DNA of 64,000 nt from Candidatus Zixiibacteriota bacterium (GTDB taxonomy: Bacteria; Zixibacteria; MSB-5A5; GN15; FEB-12): the NCBI GenBank assembly GCA_022571845.1, contig JACZXB010000005.1, forward strand, positions 83,888-147,887. The letters run 5' to 3'. This document shows positions 57,357-64,000 of this stretch, piece after piece. Below the pieces are notes generated by a model. It worked only from the letters and a program-made list of their open reading frames with translations. It was not told where the DNA came from and ran no database searches. Made by a program: the position numbers and the translations under genes. Position 1 is the stretch's first letter, and each line of letters opens with the position of its first letter.

Positions 57357-57492
57357 AGAATTGTGGACTACACTTAGAATGTAGCAGTCAGCGTGACAAT
57401 GGAATTATAGCATTTACCGGCGAATTGTCAATACTTATTGGTTTCTACTTTCTATTGCCTTTGGGCGTTGGAACCGATAATTTAGAACAGTC

Positions 57493-58374
57493 ATGCAGAA
57501 GCAAGTTCTAAACAGGCCCGAAGAAATCAAAGCCGTTATCCCCTTTGGTGATGGCCGTGAATTGCCTTTTAACCGCCCCTTAGTGATGGGGGTACTTAAT
57601 GTTACGCCCGATTCTTTCTCCGACGGCGGTAAATACGCCAAGCCCAGAACAGCTGCCCGTCGGGCGACGGAAATGATCAAGCAGGGGGCAAATATAATTG
57701 ATATCGGCGGTGAACCGCCCCGCCCCGGGGCAGAGCCGATAGACGCCGAGACCGAAATCGAGCGGGTTATTCCAGTTATAGAGTCAATCCGCAAAAAATC
57801 AGATATCCCTATCTCTATTGATACTTATAAAGCAAGAGTGGCCGAAATAGCCATCTCTGCCGGAGCGGATATTGTCAACGACATCTCGGCTCTGCAGTTT
57901 GACCAGGCCATGGCCGATGTGGTGGCAATTTGTAAAGTTCCGGTAGTGCTGATGCATATGCAGGGCAATCCCGGCCAGATGCAACAAGACCCGCATTATG
58001 ACGATTGTGTAGGCGAAATTCGGCAGTTTTTCCGGGACAGGATTGAGTTCTGCAAACTCGCCGGAATAGATAAATCGAAAATTATTCTGGATCCCGGCAT
58101 TGGTTTTGGCAAACGGCTTTTTGACAACACTGAGATTTTGGCTAACCTGGAGACTTTCAAAAGTTTTTCGCTGCCTATTATGATTGGTGTTTCCAGAAAA
58201 TCGTTTATCGGAATGATAAATCCGACTGATTCAAAGGCTGCAAATCGCATTGGCGGTTCGATTGCCGCAGCCTTGCTGGCAATTCAAAATGGCGCCAATA
58301 TTGTCAGAGTTCACGATGTAGCCGAGACGGTTGAGGCCATCAAAGTAATAAAGGCGATAAGAGTAGAAATATGA
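57493..58374 (+). CDS. folP: Dihydropteroate synthase
   Basis: VMGVLNVTPDSFSDGG, IIDIGGE, DPGIGFGK. Confidence 0.9.
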   Translation: MQKQVLNRPEEIKAVIPFGDGRELPFNRPLVMGVLNVTPDSFSDGGKYAKPRTAARRATEMIKQGANIIDIGGEPPRPGAEPIDAETEIERVIPVIESIRKKSDIPISIDTYKARVAEIAISAGADIVNDISALQFDQAMADVVAICKVPVVLMHMQGNPGQMQQDPHYDDCVGEIRQFFRDRIEFCKLAGIDKSKIILDPGIGFGKRLFDNTEILANLETFKSFSLPIMIGVSRKSFIGMINPTDSKAANRIGGSIAAALLAIQNGANIVRVHDVAETVEAIKVIKAIRVEI

Positions 58375-59129
58375 CCCTTTTTCAGTACGAGTTCATAGAG
58401 TTTGGGCTGAAGGATCTTCTCGATGTCCTGATAGTTTCATTCATCTTTTACCAGTTGTTGAAACTGACCAAAGGTACCCGTTCATCGCAGATTATTGTCG
58501 GCCTGTTTCTGATTTTTTGCGTGGCGTTCTTTTCATACTGGTTTCAGCTTGAGGGCCTGACCTGGCTGTTTTCAAATCTGGCCACGTTCGGTCTGATTGT
58601 ATTGGTAGTCGTTTTCCAGCCGGAACTGAGGGGGATGCTGGCGCAGTTTGGTCAGAGCCGTTTTTTGAGACGCTTTGTACAGCTTGAGCAGCGGCGCTCA
58701 ATTATAGAAATAACTCGAGCGGTGATGCGCTTGTCGGAGTTAAACAACGGAGCCTTGATAGTAATCGAACGTCAGACCGGGCTTCGCAATTTTTCCGAAA
58801 CCGGCAAAGAAATAGAAGCGGAAATTTCATCTGAAATGCTGGTCACGCTTTTTACGCCCTATACTCCGCTGCACGATGGCGCTGTCATTGTCTCTGGCGA
58901 AAAGATAGTAGCCGCGGCGGCGTCACTGCCCTTGACCACCAATCCGCGTTACCGCAAACTGTTCGGCATGCGCCATAAAGCGGCGGTGGGGGTGACCGAA
59001 GTCTCCGATGCCGTAGTGGTAATCGTATCTGAGGAGACCGGCAAGATTTCTATAGCGCACGAAGGTAATCTCGATTTTGACATTGCTCTTGACGAATTCA
59101 AAGAAAAACTGACCGAAAAGCTGAAGTGA
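58371..59129 (+). CDS. cdaA: Diadenylate cyclase (membrane-anchored CdaA type)
   Basis: Three N-terminal TM helices and a DAC domain with GALIVIER, LHDGAVIV and GMRHKAAVGVTE. Confidence 0.85.
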   Translation: MTLFQYEFIEFGLKDLLDVLIVSFIFYQLLKLTKGTRSSQIIVGLFLIFCVAFFSYWFQLEGLTWLFSNLATFGLIVLVVVFQPELRGMLAQFGQSRFLRRFVQLEQRRSIIEITRAVMRLSELNNGALIVIERQTGLRNFSETGKEIEAEISSEMLVTLFTPYTPLHDGAVIVSGEKIVAAAASLPLTTNPRYRKLFGMRHKAAVGVTEVSDAVVVIVSEETGKISIAHEGNLDFDIALDEFKEKLTEKLK

Positions 59130-59188
59130 GTGATCAGACAGAAACCTGCCACGAATGGTTGCTGCCGCGAGAGTAGGGACAAATCGAT

Positions 59189-59539
59189 ATGGGTACAGTT
59201 TTACAAGTAGGATATTCAATGTTTTCAAAAATACTAGTTGTAATTGGAGCTGTTTCGCTTTTTATGGGTCTAATAATTCTTGTCCCTGAATGGTACCTTC
59301 AAGCTAATTATAAACTATTATTGGTTATTGGACTGCCAATTCTTGTATTGTTCGCCGCTTCAGTAATTTCTTTAATTAGATATCGATTAACAATTGACAA
59401 TTTGTTTATCGAGCTAAGGGATATCAGAACTAGGAGGATTTATTTTTTGGACATTAAAAGCTTAAGAATAGATGAAGGTTCGGTAATACTTAAATCAGGG
59501 GACACTAGTATAGAAATAGGTGGCAGTATATCGAACTGA
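59189..59539 (+). CDS. Two-TM membrane protein with bacterial PH-like domain; the ORF may continue through TGA to 59647
   Basis: Two hydrophobic helices, then RYRLTIDNLFIELRD...ILKSGDTSIEIGGSISN. After the TGA at 59537 the frame stays open for 35 codons (KQVLDEIFSRVRKLSNIHIDGDKKVIEKYFGGREE). Confidence 0.45.
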   Translation: MGTVLQVGYSMFSKILVVIGAVSLFMGLIILVPEWYLQANYKLLLVIGLPILVLFAASVISLIRYRLTIDNLFIELRDIRTRRIYFLDIKSLRIDEGSVILKSGDTSIEIGGSISN

Positions 59540-59793
59540 AAGCAAGTACTAGACGAGATTTTCTCTAGGGTTCGCAAATTGTCCAATATTCACATTGATG
59601 GCGATAAAAAAGTAATAGAAAAATATTTTGGGGGAAGAGAAGAATAAGGACAGGCTTCCTGCCTTGAGATGGACTCCAATTTCGACTCACGAATCCAGAT
59701 TGCTTCGTTCCCGCCGAGGCGGGTCCTCGCAATGACGGCTTTGTGATTCTTAATTGACACCAGCCTCAATTCCATCTACTTTGTCTCCCCAAT

Positions 59794-61626
59794 ATGACAA
59801 AGCATATTAGAAATTTTTCGATAATCGCCCATATCGATCACGGCAAATCAACTCTGGCCGACAGGTTCCTGGAAATTACTGACACTCTGCCCGAACGTCA
59901 GATGAAAGAACAGGTGCTTGATTCGATGGATCTGGAGCGTGAGCGGGGCATAACTATCAAAGCCCACGCTATCCGGCTCGATTACAAGGACAAAGATGGC
60001 CAGAAATATATCCTGAACCTGATAGACACCCCTGGTCATGTCGATTTTACCTACGAAGTCAGCCGTTCCTTAGCGGCCTGCGAAGGGGCGATATTAGTGG
60101 TCGATGCTTCACAGGGGATAGAGGCGCAGACAATTACCAACTTATATCTGGCTCTCGATGGCGACTTAGATATTCTGCCGGTAGTAAATAAAATTGACCT
60201 GCCCCATGCCAAACCGGACGAAGTGGCACAAGAAGTCGCCGAGCTATTGGGTTGCGATGAGTCCGAAGTTCTGCGCTGCTCGGCCAAAAGCGGCCAGGGC
60301 ATTAGCGAAATTCTCGAAGCTATTATCAGCCGGATTCCGGCCCCAACAGGCGACCCTGAAGCGCCACTTCAGGCGATGGTTTTCGACTCAATTTTTGATA
60401 CCTATCGCGGCGCCATGCCCTTTGTCAAAATAGTAAACGGCACCATCCGCAAAGATGACAAAGTTAAATTTATGTCGACCAATGCCGCTTATGATATCGA
60501 TGAAGTAGGCTATCTGCGTTTGTCAAACGTACCTCTTGAAAAACTTTCGGCAGGTATGGTCGGTTATATTTTTGCCTCAATCAAAGAGTTAGAGCATACC
60601 AAAATCGGCGACACTATAACTCATATCAAACGTCCTGCCGCTAAGCCGCTCCCTGGATTTGTGGCGGTTAAGCCGATGGTTTTTTCGGGGTTATATCCGG
60701 CTGTCGCCGAAGATTTCAGCCGGCTGCGTGAATCACTCGAAAGGCTGACCTTAAACGATTCATCGCTGACATTTACGCCGGAGTCGTCCGAAGCGCTCGG
60801 GTTTGGGTTTCGGGTCGGGTTTTTGGGGCTGCTGCATATGGAGATTATTACCGAAAGGCTGGCGCGCGAGTACGGCCAGACGATTATAAATACTGTTCCC
60901 AATGTCGAGTATCGGGTGCACAAAGATATATCCGGCCGCGTGGCAAAAAAAGGCAGCGCGGTTAAAGCCGAAGTAGTTTCAGTTTTTAATCCGGCTCAGA
61001 TGCCGCCGCCGGGGGAGATTGGTCATATTGAAGAACCGTTTGTCGATGCCCAGATAGTTGTGCCGGGGGATTATGTCGGTTCGATTATGAAACTTGCCAC
61101 CGAACGACGCGGCGAATACAAAACCACCGAGTATCTTTCGCCGACGCGGGCAACTATTTCATACGCCTTTCCGCTATCGGAGATAATTTTTGATTTTTAC
61201 GACAAACTGAAATCTGTCTCACGGGGCTATGCCTCGTTTGATTACGGCATTCCCTATTATAAGCGTTCCAATCTGGTTAAGCTCGATATTTTGGTGAACG
61301 GCGACCCGCTCGATGCTCTTTCGGTCATTATCCACCGCGACAAAGCTTATCACTGGGGTGTGGCTCTGAACGAAAAGCTGCGCACTCTGATACCGCGCCA
61401 GATGTTCGAGGTGGTCATACAGGCTGCTATCGGTGGGCGGATTATCAGCCGCGCCACGGTTAAACCTCTGCGCAAACAGGTTACGGCCAAGTGCTATGGC
61501 GGCGATATCACCCGCAAACGCAAACTCTGGGATAAGCAAAAAGAGGGCAAAAAGAAGATGAAACAGTTCGGCAAAGTCGAAATCCCCCAGGAAGCCTTCT
61601 TAGCCGCGCTGAAGGTAGGGGAGTAG
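59794..61626 (+). CDS. lepA: Translation elongation factor 4 (LepA)
   Basis: [33 protein letters not shown], and the LepA-specific C-terminal domain. Confidence 0.95.
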   Translation: MTKHIRNFSIIAHIDHGKSTLADRFLEITDTLPERQMKEQVLDSMDLERERGITIKAHAIRLDYKDKDGQKYILNLIDTPGHVDFTYEVSRSLAACEGAILVVDASQGIEAQTITNLYLALDGDLDILPVVNKIDLPHAKPDEVAQEVAELLGCDESEVLRCSAKSGQGISEILEAIISRIPAPTGDPEAPLQAMVFDSIFDTYRGAMPFVKIVNGTIRKDDKVKFMSTNAAYDIDEVGYLRLSNVPLEKLSAGMVGYIFASIKELEHTKIGDTITHIKRPAAKPLPGFVAVKPMVFSGLYPAVAEDFSRLRESLERLTLNDSSLTFTPESSEALGFGFRVGFLGLLHMEIITERLAREYGQTIINTVPNVEYRVHKDISGRVAKKGSAVKAEVVSVFNPAQMPPPGEIGHIEEPFVDAQIVVPGDYVGSIMKLATERRGEYKTTEYLSPTRATISYAFPLSEIIFDFYDKLKSVSRGYASFDYGIPYYKRSNLVKLDILVNGDPLDALSVIIHRDKAYHWGVALNEKLRTLIPRQMFEVVIQAAIGGRIISRATVKPLRKQVTAKCYGGDITRKRKLWDKQKEGKKKMKQFGKVEIPQEAFLAALKVGE

Positions 61627-61723
61627 AATCATTCGACATATTAAAAGCCAATTGTTATATTAAATAAGTCAATTTTAAATACCAAATTCTTGGTGTTTGT
61701 AAGATTGTAATCGGAGCAATGTC

Positions 61724-62458
61724 TTGAATCAACATGAAGCAGTAATAAAAGTTATGGAAGAAAACGGTGGCTATGCGACTTTTAAGTACCTTTACGAAAA
61801 GAGTCTTAAGGTTAAAGGGTCGACATGGAAAACTAAAACCCCGTATGCAAGTATAAGGCGCATAGTTCAAGATGAACGCTTTTTCTTCAAAATAAGACCG
61901 GGTCTTTGGGCGCTGAAAAGCCAACGTGTAATACTAAAGCGCAAATTTAAGTTTGAAGATTCAACGAAACGTGAAGAGAATAGATTCACGCATTCTTTTT
62001 ATCAGGGGCTGTTAGTTGAAATAGGAAATCTAAATAATCTCGATACCTACGTTCCCAATCAGGACAAAAATAAATTTTTTCTTAGCAAGAGATTGAGCGA
62101 CGTTGTCACACTTCGTCAGATTTATCAATTCACAAATTATCAAACCGTAGCTCGAAGTGCTAAGACTATAGATGTCATCTGGTTCAATTCCAGAAAATTT
62201 CCATCATCCATGTTTGAGGTCGAATATACTACAAGTATGGAGAATTCTTTGGTGAAATTTGTGGAACTTCAAGACTTTAATACGAAATTCCGTATAGTTT
62301 GCGATGAATCAAGGAGAAGGTATTTCGAAGATAAAATCTCCAGATCTGCGTTCCAAAGTATTAGAGATAGAGTAGATTTTTGGAATTTTGATTATGTGTC
62401 TGAACTTCATTCATACAAAGCGAAGCTTAATCGATTGGAGAAAGGTGTGAAGAAATGA
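61724..62458 (+). CDS. Hypothetical protein: N-terminal winged-helix (Mrr_N/HARE-HTH-like) plus possible PD-(D/E)xK-like C-terminal domain
   Basis: GGYATFKYLYEK...TPYASIRRIVQDERFFFKIRPGLWALKS resembles wHTH modules of restriction-related proteins. IDVIWFNSRKFPSSMFEVEYTTSMENSLVKF resembles a nuclease-core pattern. Confidence 0.4.
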   Translation: MNQHEAVIKVMEENGGYATFKYLYEKSLKVKGSTWKTKTPYASIRRIVQDERFFFKIRPGLWALKSQRVILKRKFKFEDSTKREENRFTHSFYQGLLVEIGNLNNLDTYVPNQDKNKFFLSKRLSDVVTLRQIYQFTNYQTVARSAKTIDVIWFNSRKFPSSMFEVEYTTSMENSLVKFVELQDFNTKFRIVCDESRRRYFEDKISRSAFQSIRDRVDFWNFDYVSELHSYKAKLNRLEKGVKK

Positions 62459-62709
62459 AATCATTTATCTTTTTGACGAACGAAGGTAATACATATCAAC
62501 CCGGTTCAAAAAGCATTGAACCAGATATAGAAAATATGCAAGTGATTGGTATTGCTAAGGGTAGCAACTCCGATGATGCATTTAAGAACCTCACAATTGA
62601 GCACAACTATTTATTCGAGACTAGATTCAATGATATTTTCTCGTACGAATTATCACCAAATTATGATAGACTACTCAAACACTATTATCTACAAAGCCAA
62701 TTAGATTAA
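62455..62709 (+). CDS. Small hypothetical protein (84 aa), overlapping the previous gene by 4 nt
   Basis: ATGA overlap with the upstream stop. No recognised motif. Confidence 0.35.
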   Translation: MKSFIFLTNEGNTYQPGSKSIEPDIENMQVIGIAKGSNSDDAFKNLTIEHNYLFETRFNDIFSYELSPNYDRLLKHYYLQSQLD

Positions 62710-62772
62710 ATTCAAAAGTAATTTTGAAACCAACCGATAAAGTACAAGTAAAAGGTGTTGAGTTTATTTAGT

Positions 62773-63999
62773 ATGACTATTAGAACAATTACATTTTATA
62801 TAATCTTCGTTTTAGCTCTTACTTCAATGAGTAATGCCGCCTCGCTCTATATCCCGATGAACAAGTCCCAGGCCGATCATCTCAAGGCCTATGGGGTGGT
62901 CTTCAAAGCTCTCGAAATGGGCAAAAAGGCCCAGTGGCTGCTTAACTACGAGGGTGGCTCGTTCTTAATAGACTATTCACCGGCGGTAGCTAATCTCTGT
63001 CTTTTGATGGGTGTCACCAGTGAAAAAATTACGTCCGGGCAGGAAGCTGATATTTTCCGCCGAATCGAAGTCGAAAATATGGAGCGGGTCGAACTTCAAA
63101 AGGCGCCGTCTATGGCTGTCTATTCGCCGCCAACGATGCAGCCCTGGGATGACGCTGTTACCCTGGCTTTGACATATGCCGAAATAGAATATGATGTCAT
63201 CTGGGATGAAGAAGTTCTGTCGGGCGCACTTGAAGAATACGACTGGGTGCACTGCCACCACGAGGATTTCAGCGGGCAGTATGGGAAATTCTACGGGGCC
63301 TTTCGCGGGCAGCTCTGGTATCAGGCCGATGTCAAAACCAATGAAGAAATGGCTGCCAAACTTGGCTACAGCAAAGTCTCCCATATGAAACGAGACGTGG
63401 CCCTGACAGTTTACGAATATGTCCGCCGCGGCGGGTTTTTGTTTTCGATGTGTTCGGCTCCGGAAACTTTTGATATGGCTTTAGCCGCAGCCGAAATTGA
63501 TATAGTGCCGCGCGAGTTCGACGGCGACCCGGTCGACCCCGGCGCTCAGGAAAATCTTAACTTTTCAAGAACATTTGCCTTTGAGAATTTTGAGGTCTCG
63601 TTCGACCCGATGGTATACCGTCGTTCCAATATTGATACTTACCCCGACCGGATGATTCGTTTCCCGCGCCGGGATGATGATTTTTTCTATCTCTTCGATT
63701 TTGCCGCCAAACTTGACCCGGTCCCCACCATGCTGGTGCAGAATCACACTAACACCGTCGATGGTTTTATGGGACAGACGACCGGATTTAAAAAGTCGTT
63801 TCTCAAAAAACATGTCATGATACTGGGACAGCCGGATAACTATGATGAGGTGCGTTACATCCACGGCAATCTCGGGCGGGGAACTTTTACCTTCATGTCC
63901 GGCCATGACCCCGAAGATTACCGCCACATGATCCACGACCCGCCGACCGATTTAAACCTGCACAAAAACAGTCCGGGCTATAGGCTGATACTCAATAAT
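62773..63999 (+). CDS. Secreted conserved hypothetical protein, 3' end outside window
   Basis: My own translation from ATG 62773 is open to the window end (MTIRTITFYIIFVLALTSMSNA signal peptide ... WLLNYEGGSFLI ...). It is absent from the ORF track because no stop is reached. Confidence 0.6.
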   Translation, partial: MTIRTITFYIIFVLALTSMSNAASLYIPMNKSQADHLKAYGVVFKALEMGKKAQWLLNYEGGSFLIDYSPAVANLCLLMGVTSEKITSGQEADIFRRIEVENMERVELQKAPSMAVYSPPTMQPWDDAVTLALTYAEIEYDVIWDEEVLSGALEEYDWVHCHHEDFSGQYGKFYGAFRGQLWYQADVKTNEEMAAKLGYSKVSHMKRDVALTVYEYVRRGGFLFSMCSAPETFDMALAAAEIDIVPREFDGDPVDPGAQENLNFSRTFAFENFEVSFDPMVYRRSNIDTYPDRMIRFPRRDDDFFYLFDFAAKLDPVPTMLVQNHTNTVDGFMGQTTGFKKSFLKKHVMILGQPDNYDEVRYIHGNLGRGTFTFMSGHDPEDYRHMIHDPPTDLNLHKNSPGYRLILNN

Positions 64000-64000
64000 G

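Noticed and set aside
62977-63936. Minus-strand ORFs 62977-63384 and 63565-63936
   Set aside because: They are antisense to a long plus-strand ORF (62773 to window end) with a signal peptide and coherent sequence. That ORF is missing from the track only because it has no stop within the window.

Overview
This is a 64-kb window from a moderately AT-rich, probably uncultivated bacterium. T9SS-type C-terminal sorting domains suggest the FCB group, but taxonomy cannot be proven here. All family calls come from motifs read by eye; no searches were run. The window has three parts. (1) 1-5.3 kb holds three consecutive polytopic GT-C-like membrane proteins. (2) tRNA-Leu(CAG) at 5366-5449 is followed by a ~24.9-kb integrative island (5436-30323) bounded by a perfect 24-bp direct repeat. 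The island carries an integrase and excisionase, then a 1325-aa N6-adenine methyltransferase, a small Cys-rich protein and a PLD-SNF2 nuclease-helicase fusion (a DISARM- or R-M-like module lacking DrmA/DrmB). Next come an MfnB/DUF556-like TIM-barrel gene packed tightly against a Septu-like ATPase/HNH pair, and an NspC-like decarboxylase with a DUF3326-like gene. The island ends with a Liv-type ABC transporter that is interrupted by unrelated genes, including a polyprenyl synthase, and has a frameshifted permease. (3) 30.3-64 kb is chromosomal backbone. It encodes PilZ, a cupredoxin, cfa, a VOC protein, a rhodanese with two in-frame TGA codons plus a SECIS-like hairpin, and a 2-Cys peroxiredoxin fused to a Ser/Thr kinase. 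These are followed by Qor, Dus, PAP2, an outer-membrane/lipoprotein operon with a kinase-like lipoprotein, tRNA-Arg(ACG) and PP2C. Two T9SS-CTD proteins come next; one is 1867 aa with eight 306-nt tandem repeats. The window finishes with VanZ, tilS-hpt-ftsH, a BNR protein, folP-cdaA, lepA, an orphan wHTH gene pair and a partial secreted protein. I saw no rRNA, CRISPR array, transposase or phage structural genes.
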